Positions 1-8,513 of a stretch of 64,000 nt of DNA are shown one piece after another (the stretch's first letter is position 1; each line of letters starts with the position of its first letter). Source of the stretch: Longimicrobiales bacterium. GTDB taxonomy: Bacteria; Gemmatimonadota; Gemmatimonadetes; Longimicrobiales; Gaopeijiaceae. The stretch is from contig CBDFMQ010000002.1 in NCBI GenBank assembly GCA_965249725.1, forward strand, positions 2,336,001 through 2,400,000. Reading direction: 5' to 3'. A model generated the notes under the pieces. The model saw only the letters and a list, made by a program, of their open reading frames with translations, was not told the origin of the DNA and searched no databases. The translations under genes and the position numbers were made by a program.

Positions 1-1167
1 GCCCTCCGTGGACTCCTGCCAACCGGGAAGGGTCTCGTACACCGGTTCCACGCCGTCGAGCAGCCATGTGTCCGCCGGAAACTCCTCTACGACTCCGTCC
101 GGCGTGCGATAACCGGTCGCGATGGACACCTCGGGCAGGGTGTCCAGCACGTCGAGTTTGGTCACGGCCAGACCGGTCAGTCCATTCACCCGCGCAGCGA
201 GCCGTGCCAGCACCGCGTCGAACCAACCGCATCGGCGAGGCCGACCCGTCGTCGCACCGAATTCACCGCCGAGCGCTCTGACCTTTTCGTCCATGGCCTC
301 GTCGAATGCGGTCGGTAGGGGTCCGTTGCCCACCCGGGTGGTGTAGGCCTTCACGACCCCGATCACGGTGTCGATCGCTGTGGGTCCGATGCCCGACCCG
401 GTGGCGGCCCCTCCGGCGGTCGTGTTCGAGGACGTGACGAAGGGATAAGTGCCGTGGTCCAGATCAAGGGCCGTACCCTGGGCGCCCTCCAAGAGGACCG
501 TCTTCCCTGCTCCGAGCGCCTGCACGATCTCCAGGCCGGTGTCCGTGGCCAACTCCTTCAAGCGCTCACCGGCGGCGAGGACGGATTCGACCGTTGCATC
601 GAGGGCATCGTCGCACTCGCCTCCCATGGCGGCGATGCGGGCCCGAGCCCGCTCGACACCCTCTTCGACAAGCGCCTGAGCACGCCCGGCATTCGCCAAG
701 TCGGCGACCCGCAAACCGCGTCGGCCGGCCTTCTCCTCGTATGCAGGCCCGATGCCGCGACCCGTGGTGCCGATCTTCTGCTTGGCCTGACCCTCCAAGG
801 CATGATCGAGAGATTTGTGGTACGGCATGAGCAGGTGAGCACGTTGGCTCACGCCCACCCGGCCATCGAGATCGATGCCCCGCTCGGCCAGCTCGTCATA
901 CTCCTCGAAGAAGTCGAGCACGTCGAGGACCACGCCGTTGCCGAGCAGGCACCTCTTGTCGGCATGCAGGACGCCGGACGGGATCTGGTGCAGGACGTAT
1001 TTGTCTTCGCCCACGTAGACCGTGTGGCCGGCATTCGCACCACCCTGGTAGCGCGCCACAACGTGCGCTTCCTCTGCCAGGACATCGACGATCTTACCCT
1101 TGCCTTCGTCGCCCCACTGGCAGCCGACCACCACCAGGCATCGACCGTCTATACCACCTTGAGACAC
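1..1167 (-). CDS. purA: Adenylosuccinate synthetase (3' end runs off the window)
   Basis: Manual minus-strand translation: GTG(1167) SQGGIDGRCLVVVGCQWGDEGKGKIVDV, then ARYQGGANAGHT and EGAQGTALDLDHGTYPFVTSS, the PurA signatures. Absent from the ORF track because there is no stop in the window. Start codon inferred. Confidence 0.96.
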   Translation of the reverse strand, partial: MSQGGIDGRCLVVVGCQWGDEGKGKIVDVLAEEAHVVARYQGGANAGHTVYVGEDKYVLHQIPSGVLHADKRCLLGNGVVLDVLDFFEEYDELAERGIDLDGRVGVSQRAHLLMPYHKSLDHALEGQAKQKIGTTGRGIGPAYEEKAGRRGLRVADLANAGRAQALVEEGVERARARIAAMGGECDDALDATVESVLAAGERLKELATDTGLEIVQALGAGKTVLLEGAQGTALDLDHGTYPFVTSSNTTAGGAATGSGIGPTAIDTVIGVVKAYTTRVGNGPLPTAFDEAMDEKVRALGGEFGATTGRPRRCGWFDAVLARLAARVNGLTGLAVTKLDVLDTLPEVSIATGYRTPDGVVEEFPADTWLLDGVEPVYETLPGWQESTEG

Positions 1168-1228
1168 ATCAGGACTTTCTGTGTTGAGGAGGCCATCAGG
1201 GCCCCAACGAAGGGCCCTGATGGACACG

Positions 1229-1257
1229 AAAAAAGCCCATTCTTCGGGGAATGGGCT
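1229..1257 (-). terminator. Intrinsic terminator-like hairpin in the purA leader
   Basis: Minus strand AGCCCATTC-CCCGAA-GAATGGGCT followed by TTTTT: 9-bp perfect stem plus U-tract. Confidence 0.75.
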
Positions 1258-1280
1258 CTGGGCGGTGCTTCCTTTGGTAA

Positions 1281-1309
1281 AAGCTAGATCGACGGAAGAG
1301 TCGGGTCAA
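1281..1309 (-). promoter_or_regulatory. Putative sigma70 promoter for purA
   Basis: Minus strand TTGACC (1309-1304), 17-nt spacer, TAGCTT (1286-1281). Confidence 0.6.
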
Positions 1310-1388
1310 CGCGTGGCCCCACGCCTGGCCCCACCCGAGGGAAATCGGAGGGCGGCTCGAGGGAAGTCGGAGAGTGGCGTTCGACCGG

Positions 1389-3644
1389 TCAGAAGGAGCG
1401 ACCGACGAAAAGATAGAAGGTGTCGGAGCCCGAAGATGCCCGCCCATGCGCCAAGAACAGCGGGCCCAGAATCGTCTCTAATCCGACGAAAAGGCTCGCC
1501 CCGCCCCTCAGCTCACCGAGTCCACCGACGTCCGGATCGGACCAGGCATTGCCGGCCTCGAGTGAAAACCCGAGGTGCAGATCTCCCCCCTCCGGCGTCG
1601 TGTTGAACGTGGCGACGTTGCGTCGAAACGTGGCCTGAGCCAGAGCATAGCGGCTACCGACGAGTTGCCGAGGCCGTAGCCCCGAGAGCTGCTGGAAGCC
1701 TCCCAAGCCGAAGTCATGGTGCACGGGCAGATCGGAACCGAACGCCGTTCCGAAGCGACCCTCCAGGACGGTGGTATTCCGCCCCTTGGAGAGGGTCGTG
1801 AGGAGGGCGGCGTCCAGGCGGGTGTAAATCGGGTCGGCGCCCAACGACCGAGCGGAGCGGAACGCCTCGACGCGACCCCACGTTCCGCTCGTCGGGAACG
1901 ACGCGTCGTCGAGAAGGTCCACTGAGAGTCGCGCCAGGACCGCACCGACGTCGGCGTTGAGATCCTGCTCCGTCGTCTCGTCGACGCCCCTCTGCTCCAC
2001 TCGTCCGCGCACGAGTTCGACCCGGAACTCACCCCAGTCCGGCCACTGCACTCCGACAGCGATGGCGGCGTTGGTCTCCCGGACTCCTCGACTCACCTCA
2101 CCCGCGCCGAGAACGGCCACCTTCAACGACTCCTCCTGGTAATCCAAGCGGGGCGCGATGAAGAACCGTGCCCCCACGTCGATCGGCTGAAAGAGCTCGA
2201 TCTCGGCTCCCTGACCCTCTCCGAGCCTAACCTCGGCCAGAAGCTCACCCCCGCGACCGTTGAGTTGGGTCTGACGGTGAGTGGCGAGAATCGTGAAGCT
2301 ACTTCGGCCCCGTTCCAGGTCGTTCCCGAAAGCCAACCCGAAGTTCATCAGCCCCGGACCCCAAGGCTTTTCGCTCACCTCTACCAACAGCCCGCTGGCC
2401 CCGTTTTCCTCGACAAGACTGTAATCCACTCCCTGATAGAGGCCCATAGCGAAGATCTTATTGAGAGCCCGCTCCAGCGTTTCCGCCTGCAACGGCCCAC
2501 CCGGCACGAGCCCCAGGCGCCCCCTCAAGGCGTCCGGGCTCATCCGTACGGCCCCCTCGATGCGCACGAAATCGAGCGTCTCGGGCGGCTCCTCGGTCCG
2601 TCGGCGACTCTCCCGGAACGTCCGGTAGGCTTCCGGGCTCATGCTCCACTGGGCGAGGTCCTCTCCGGCAGCCCGAGCCACATCGGCCCCCGCCGCGAAG
2701 GTCGCGGTCAGCGAACGGAATTCGGTAATTGGTACATCGGCGACGTCGGGGCGCAGCAATACATCTCGGCCGGAGACCAGTGCCTCGCGTTGCGGCACCG
2801 TATTCTGGAGCGTGGAAATGCGGAAGGTCTGGGTCGAGACCTCGATGGCGCTTTCGAGTTCCTCCGCGTCATAGAGGGGCGGCGTCAGATCCACGGCGAT
2901 CACTACGTCTGCACCCATGGCTCGGACCACGTCCACGGGCAGATTGCGGACCAGTCCGCCGTCGACCAGGACCGATCCGGCGACTTCCACCGGAGAAAAC
3001 GCACCGGGGATCGACATGCTGGCCCGCATCGCCGTCGATAGATCCCCCCGGTCGAGCACAACCATGCCGCCGGTCACCAGGTCGGTCGCCACGGCAACGT
3101 AAGGCGTCGGCAACTCCTCGAACGACCGTATATGGGCCACGGGTAGCGTGGCCGACCGAAGGGTCAGTTCCACGTTATGCCCGGTGACGATCCCTGTGGG
3201 GAGCCGGAACTTGCCTCGGTTGAATCCGACCTCGAGCCGCGACGGAACTCGCCGGTCGGTGCTCTTGAGACGGAACGGTTCATGTCGCCGCGGCGGTCGG
3301 TCAGAGAGCAGATCCTGCCAATCCAGCGACTCCAGAAGCACCTTCAACTGTGGAACGCTCATGCCGGAGGCATACAGGCCTCCTATTGCCGCACCGATGC
3401 TGGTGCCCGCAATGAAATCCACGGGAATCCGGAGCTCTTCCAGAACCTCGAGAACTCCGACGTGTGCCCCGCCCTTCGCTCCACCACCACCCAACACCAG
3501 ACCGATCTTCGGACGCGAATCCTGGGAAGCACGCGCGGATTGGGACCCGGGGGCCTGGGCGATAACAGCCACCGGGGACGCCACCGCCAGAGCCAATAAG
3601 GCTCCAGCGCTGAGGCACGAGGCCCGCGATGTGAGGAACGCCAA
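1389..3644 (-). CDS. Patatin-like phospholipase with POTRA and Omp85-type beta-barrel (PlpD-like, type Vd architecture)
   Basis: Signal peptide; GGGGAKGGAH oxyanion motif, GTSIG nucleophile, DGG; POTRA-like segment ending VSEKPWG; barrel with FGLGG and C-terminal Phe (FVGRSF). Confidence 0.9.
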   Translation of the reverse strand: MAFLTSRASCLSAGALLALAVASPVAVIAQAPGSQSARASQDSRPKIGLVLGGGGAKGGAHVGVLEVLEELRIPVDFIAGTSIGAAIGGLYASGMSVPQLKVLLESLDWQDLLSDRPPRRHEPFRLKSTDRRVPSRLEVGFNRGKFRLPTGIVTGHNVELTLRSATLPVAHIRSFEELPTPYVAVATDLVTGGMVVLDRGDLSTAMRASMSIPGAFSPVEVAGSVLVDGGLVRNLPVDVVRAMGADVVIAVDLTPPLYDAEELESAIEVSTQTFRISTLQNTVPQREALVSGRDVLLRPDVADVPITEFRSLTATFAAGADVARAAGEDLAQWSMSPEAYRTFRESRRRTEEPPETLDFVRIEGAVRMSPDALRGRLGLVPGGPLQAETLERALNKIFAMGLYQGVDYSLVEENGASGLLVEVSEKPWGPGLMNFGLAFGNDLERGRSSFTILATHRQTQLNGRGGELLAEVRLGEGQGAEIELFQPIDVGARFFIAPRLDYQEESLKVAVLGAGEVSRGVRETNAAIAVGVQWPDWGEFRVELVRGRVEQRGVDETTEQDLNADVGAVLARLSVDLLDDASFPTSGTWGRVEAFRSARSLGADPIYTRLDAALLTTLSKGRNTTVLEGRFGTAFGSDLPVHHDFGLGGFQQLSGLRPRQLVGSRYALAQATFRRNVATFNTTPEGGDLHLGFSLEAGNAWSDPDVGGLGELRGGASLFVGLETILGPLFLAHGRASSGSDTFYLFVGRSF

Positions 3645-3654
3645 TCCGGGTGAC

Positions 3655-4572
3655 CTACGTAGCGGAGCCCGCCGTTGCGGTCAGTCCGGCACGATCCAAC
3701 ACCTTGACGACGTCGTCATGGCAATGATCCGGCAGCGGCTGCAGCGGAGGCCGGGGGTCGCCACCACGGAGTCCGAGATGGTCCATGGCCACCTTCACTC
3801 CCGGCACACCCATGCCTCCAACGATCTCCTCATGCACCGGTCCGATGACCTCCTGAATACGCCCGGCCTCGGCTGAATCACCCGCCACGAACGACTCATG
3901 CACCGCCGCCGAACCGCCCGGCGCCAGACAGGCCACCGCCAAGATGCCGCCCACCGCGCCCAACTCGAGTCCACCGTAGAAGGCAGCACCACTGCCGACG
4001 AGTACTTGGAAGTCATCGTGGGCCCGGGACACCACTTCACCGACCAGCTCGAGGCTACCCCTGCTGTCCTTCATTCCGATGATGTTGTCCACCTTGGACA
4101 GATCGGCCAGGAGGTTGGTGGAGAACTCGATGGTGCTCAGCCGAAGCGGTACCTGATAGACGATGACGGGAATGGAAGAAGCCTTGGCCACCGCTCGGTA
4201 GTGAGTCAGGAGGGCCGTATCGGACATCGCTCCTCGATAGAACGCCGGGGGTTGGACCAACACTGCATCGGCCCCTGCTTCGGCGGCGACGTGACAACGG
4301 CGGATCGTGGCCCGCGTGGACTCGGCCCCGGTGCCCGCCAGCAACAGTCGATCGGCCGGGATGACGTCCCGGGCACCCTCCAGACAGGCGGCACGCTCGT
4401 CTTCGTCGAGCAGGAGCGCCTCGCCCGTAGAGCCTCCGACCAAGATCCCTCGGATGGGGTGGGCCAACCAACTCCTGAAGTTCGCCCGGAGTCCGACGAG
4501 ATCGACCTCGCCTGTGACCGGATCGAACGGGGTCGTGCAGGGGATGAGTACTCCGGCTAGATCCACGCTCAT
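3655..4572 (-). CDS. DapA/NAL-family aldolase (not the biosynthetic DapA; possibly 4-hydroxy-2-oxoglutarate aldolase-like)
   Basis: TTPF, GSTGE, YQVP, Schiff-base GMKDS, GVPGVK...GDPRPPL. Confidence 0.85.
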   Translation of the reverse strand: MSVDLAGVLIPCTTPFDPVTGEVDLVGLRANFRSWLAHPIRGILVGGSTGEALLLDEDERAACLEGARDVIPADRLLLAGTGAESTRATIRRCHVAAEAGADAVLVQPPAFYRGAMSDTALLTHYRAVAKASSIPVIVYQVPLRLSTIEFSTNLLADLSKVDNIIGMKDSRGSLELVGEVVSRAHDDFQVLVGSGAAFYGGLELGAVGGILAVACLAPGGSAAVHESFVAGDSAEAGRIQEVIGPVHEEIVGGMGVPGVKVAMDHLGLRGGDPRPPLQPLPDHCHDDVVKVLDRAGLTATAGSAT

Positions 4573-5717
4573 TCTCCGAACATCCCTGCGCCGCTCGGAT
4601 CGCCGTCCGGTGCTCCGCCGCTCGGTACCCCGCCTGCATGGCCGCTCCCCGGCCCGCCGAGGATGTTCATCTTGAGGTCGAAGTCGCTGGGGCTGTTCGC
4701 CGCCGCCTTCCCGACCTCGAACGTGATTTGCTTCGTATTCACGAGTTCCATGAGATGCTGATCGAAGGTCTGGGACCCGTACTGTTCCTTCCCGTCCGCG
4801 ATCAGGTCGTGGATCTCCTCCATGCGCTCCACATCCATGATGCAGTCGCGAATGGTCCCCGTGACCCTCATGACCTCGGCCGCCACCACGCGGCCCAATC
4901 CATCGACCGTGGGGACCAGCCTCTGGCTGACGACGGCCTGAATCGAGTCGGCCATACGCACGCGAATCATCTCCTGCTCTTCCGGCGAGAAGACGGCGAT
5001 CATACGAGACAGGGTTTGTACCGCGTTCTTCGTGTGGACCGTGGAGATGACCAGGTGACCGGTCTCGGCGGCCTTCAGACCCGTGTCGATCGTCTCCTTG
5101 TCTCGCATCTCACCGATCAGGAGAACGTCGGGGTCCTGCCGGAGGGCGGCCCTCAGTCCTGTTGAGAACGACTCAGTATCGGTGCCCACGTCCCGCTGGG
5201 TTACCGAAGAATTGAGATCCCGGTGCAGGAACTCGATGGGGTTCTCCAACGTGACGATGTGTTTCTTCATGTTGCGATTGATGTAGCCGATCATCGCCGC
5301 CATGGTGGAGCTCTTTCCGCTCCCGGTCACCCCCGTCACCAGAACCAGCCCACGCTCCGTCTGGGAGATCGTCTCGAGAACGTCGGGCAGATTGAGATCG
5401 GCGAAGCTCGGAATCTCGATCGGGATAATCCGCATGACGATGCCGAAGACTCCCCGCTGCCTCATGATGTTTACGCGGAAGCGCCCCAGCCCGGGAAGGC
5501 CCCAGGAGCAGTCGTAGTCCGTAAGCTCGTCGATACGTTCCCGGTCGTGTTCGTGCGGGATCAGCTTGACGGCAAGCTCCCTCACCTGGGCATGGGAGAT
5601 CTTCTGATCCGTCAGCGGGAGCAACTCTCCGTGGAGGCGGGCCCGGACGTAGTCACCAGCCTTGATGTGGATGTCGCTGGCCCCATCCTCGATCGCCTTC
5701 TTGAACATCTCATTCAT
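4569..5717 (-). CDS. pilT: PilT/PilU-family type IV pilus ATPase
   Basis: ASDIHI, RFRVN, Walker A GVTGSGKS, ALRQDPDVLLIGEMRD, AAETGHLVISTVHT, QTFDQHL. Confidence 0.9.
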   Translation of the reverse strand: MNEMFKKAIEDGASDIHIKAGDYVRARLHGELLPLTDQKISHAQVRELAVKLIPHEHDRERIDELTDYDCSWGLPGLGRFRVNIMRQRGVFGIVMRIIPIEIPSFADLNLPDVLETISQTERGLVLVTGVTGSGKSSTMAAMIGYINRNMKKHIVTLENPIEFLHRDLNSSVTQRDVGTDTESFSTGLRAALRQDPDVLLIGEMRDKETIDTGLKAAETGHLVISTVHTKNAVQTLSRMIAVFSPEEQEMIRVRMADSIQAVVSQRLVPTVDGLGRVVAAEVMRVTGTIRDCIMDVERMEEIHDLIADGKEQYGSQTFDQHLMELVNTKQITFEVGKAAANSPSDFDLKMNILGGPGSGHAGGVPSGGAPDGDPSGAGMFGE

Positions 5718-5836
5718 GGGCGCATCACCTTCGACAACTCCTGTTGCAGGGTCCTATCGCAAGGTACGGACGTTCCGCCACGGGCGAAATCGCCTTGGGG
5801 CGCCCTGCCGGGAAGACCACCCCGGGGAGCGCGAGC

Positions 5837-6850
5837 TCAAATAGCAGAGGGCCAATCGATCCCCATGCTGTGACGGGCGTGGGCCAGCGTCTCCTGCGCA
5901 ATCGATCGCGCATGCGCGGCGCCGGCCACGAGAACGTCTCTCACCTCGTCCTTGTGCTCATGGTAGTAGAGGGACTTCTCTCGAATCGGAGCAAACGCCT
6001 TCGCAATGCTGTCGGCGAGGATGCGCTTGCAGTCCACACATCCTCGTTGAGCAGTCCGGCACTGCTCTTCGATGTCGGGGATCATCTCGGCGTCGGTGAG
6101 CATCTTGTGCAGAGAGAACACGTTGCAGACCTCCGGACGGCCCGGATCGTCCCTGCGAATGCGCTGAGGATCTGTCACGGCGGTCCGGACCCGGGCCCAG
6201 ATCTCTTCCTCATCGGCCAGAATCGGCACGGTGTTGTCCAGCGACTTGCTCATCTTCGCTTGACCATCGAGGCCGATGATCTTCCCCACTCGAGGGATGA
6301 TCGCGTCGGGCTCGGGAAAGTAATCTCCGTAGCGCGCGTTCCATTTTCGGGCGATGTCGCGGGTCAGCTCCAGATGTTGGCGCTGATCTTCACCGACCGG
6401 CACCGCGTCGGCTCGATAGATGAGGATGTCGGCCGCCTGCAGGACCGGGTAGTTGAGCAGCCCGGCCGGGATGGACTCGTACATGGCCGACTTGTCCTTG
6501 TACTGGGTCATCCGCTCCAGGTCGCCGACGGGCGCTACCGTGTTGAAGAGCCACTGGAGCTCCAGGTGCTCGGGCACGTCGGATTGGACGAAAATGGTAC
6601 ACCGCTCCGGATCGAGGCCGACCGCGAGCAGGTTGATGGCCGCGTCGACTGTGCGGGCCGGCAGGTCCGCGGGATCCCCGTCTCCGAGGATGGCGTGTTG
6701 GTCCACGATCGCGTAGAAGGCCTCGTACTCGTCCTGCATATCGACCCACTGCCGGAGGGCCCCGAGGTAGTTCCCGAGGTGTACCTCACCCGTGGGCTGA
6801 ATGCCGCTGAGTACCCGCTTACGCCGCGTCGCCGTGTTGGGATCGTTCAT
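5837..6850 (-). CDS. trpS: Tryptophan--tRNA ligase
   Basis: SGIQPTGEVHLGNY, YPVLQAADIL, VPVGEDQRQHLE, KMSKS. Confidence 0.97.
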   Translation of the reverse strand: MNDPNTATRRKRVLSGIQPTGEVHLGNYLGALRQWVDMQDEYEAFYAIVDQHAILGDGDPADLPARTVDAAINLLAVGLDPERCTIFVQSDVPEHLELQWLFNTVAPVGDLERMTQYKDKSAMYESIPAGLLNYPVLQAADILIYRADAVPVGEDQRQHLELTRDIARKWNARYGDYFPEPDAIIPRVGKIIGLDGQAKMSKSLDNTVPILADEEEIWARVRTAVTDPQRIRRDDPGRPEVCNVFSLHKMLTDAEMIPDIEEQCRTAQRGCVDCKRILADSIAKAFAPIREKSLYYHEHKDEVRDVLVAGAAHARSIAQETLAHARHSMGIDWPSAI

Positions 6851-6955
6851 CGCGTAACTTACGTACCGCCCGAGAATATGTGAATCTTACGACGTACCCG
6901 CCGATCCTCAGGACCGATCCTCCGCGCCGACCCTCCGTTCCGATCCTTCCACCCG

Positions 6956-7804
6956 ATGCTCATGACCGACCTTCTCGAGACCGCTCTGGAGACCGCCCGC
7001 CTCGCTGCCGATGCCGCCGCGGACGTACACCAAGCCCACGGCACCTCGGTCACGGTGGCTGATGCAACCGAGAAGGGCCGCGCCGACTACGTGTCCACGA
7101 CCGATCTCGCGGCCCAAGAGGCGTGTCTGGCCATCATCCGCGACCGCCACCCCGAGCATGGGATCATGGCCGAAGAGGACGCGGAGGACGGCGCCGCGAC
7201 CCGGCCACTCGACGGTCCTGTTTGGGTGGTGGACCCGTTGGACGGCACCGCGAACTTCCTGCACAACCATCCGATGCACGCGTCCTCGGTGGCTCTCGCC
7301 ATCGACGGGCAACCCATGGTGGGAGCCGTATCGTGCGCGCCCACCGACGAGCGCTGGTGGGCCGCACGCAGCAAGGGAGCCTGGAAGAACGGCGCAGCGA
7401 TCGAAGTCTCGGCGGTCTCCGACAGCGACCACGCCCTGGTCGGGACGGGCTTTCCGTTCAAGAGTGAGGCGCTCCTCGAGGAGTACGCCGCCCAACTGGT
7501 CCGGGTGCTGGCGGCCACCGGAGGGGTCCGTCGCGGGGGTGCGGCCGCTTTGGACCTCTGCTACCTGGCAGAAGGGCGATTCGACGCCTTTTGGGAGCTC
7601 TTCCTCAATCCGTGGGACTTCGCAGCCGGGTGGGTGATCGTCGAGGAGGCCGGTGGGGTCATGAACAGAGTGGGTGGGGTCATCGGCGGTGTGGGTGAGG
7701 TCTCGAGCGGCGCCGGTGTCGAGGTCCTCACCTTGGCTCCGGGGAGCGTAATGGGTGCCAACTCCTCGGCCATGCGCGAAGCGATCTCGAAACTCCTGGC
7801 ATAG
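6956..7804 (+). CDS. suhB: Inositol monophosphatase family protein (ATG at 6962 is an alternative start)
   Basis: MAEE, WVVDPLDGTANF, TGFPF, RRGGAAALDL, PWDFAAG. Confidence 0.88.
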   Translation: MLMTDLLETALETARLAADAAADVHQAHGTSVTVADATEKGRADYVSTTDLAAQEACLAIIRDRHPEHGIMAEEDAEDGAATRPLDGPVWVVDPLDGTANFLHNHPMHASSVALAIDGQPMVGAVSCAPTDERWWAARSKGAWKNGAAIEVSAVSDSDHALVGTGFPFKSEALLEEYAAQLVRVLAATGGVRRGGAAALDLCYLAEGRFDAFWELFLNPWDFAAGWVIVEEAGGVMNRVGGVIGGVGEVSSGAGVEVLTLAPGSVMGANSSAMREAISKLLA

Positions 7805-7872
7805 GAAGAGCGGGCCCGGATGTCTCCGGACCCGCGTCCGCCTCCCTCTCCGTTCGCAATAGGGGAGACATC

Positions 7873-8172
7873 CTATCCCGCACCTCGTGTCTTGTCGTCT
7901 CCCTCCTCACGCTCCTCCCGCTTCTCACCGCGGATGGTTAGGATATTGTTCTCGATTTTCAGAGTGACATCCTCTTCGGCCATGCCCGGAAGCTCGGCGG
8001 TGAGGATGAGTACTTCCACTCCCTCTTCCACGTTCACGGCAGGGAACCACGATCCGGTTGGCTCGGGGGTGTCCCAGGGCTCGTCGAAGAGTCTCGGTAG
8101 GCGATTCGCGAAACCCGTGAACTCAGGCCAGGGAGATCGGACTCGCCGTGGGGTGTATCTCATGATTGCCAT
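7873..8172 (-). pseudogene. Hsp20/alpha-crystallin small heat-shock protein, C-terminally truncated
   Basis: WFPAVNVEE...AELPGMAEEDVTLKIENNILTIRGEKREE, then stop after DDKTRGAG. The ERxYGxFxRxF, GVL and IxI motifs are missing and not seen in other frames downstream. Confidence 0.75.
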
Positions 8173-8276
8173 CGGAGTACTCCTTTGATCGGATTGGTGC
8201 GACATAAGGCGGATGGCGGCCCGGAACGTCTCGAAACGAGTCAGCGGGACCTCCGAATTCGCAAAGACGACACGCC

Positions 8277-8292
8277 TGCAATCTGTGTGCCA
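8277..8292 (-). promoter_or_regulatory. sigma54 (-24/-12) promoter upstream of hsp20
   Basis: Minus strand TGGCACACAGATTGCA, exact GG-N10-GC spacing, ~105 nt upstream of the ATG. Confidence 0.7.
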
Positions 8293-8513
8293 GCACACAC
8301 AGGATAGAATCTGCCAAATGTGTATGTACCAAGGACTTGCGGCGGTTCGACAATGCCGAATTGGCGCCTTGTCAGGCCTCGAGGCTGTCGGTTTGGCAGC
8401 GCAGGAAAACCGCAACGGAGGATTCGGCCTACTCCTTGCATTTGAGATAGGTCGAGGCGACGCCGTCGGAGGCGACGGCGCTGCCCATCAGACGAACGAA
8501 TGGAGACCAGCAG

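Noticed and set aside
8400..8513. Lysine riboswitch upstream of asd
   Set aside because: No recognisable aptamer motifs and little space.
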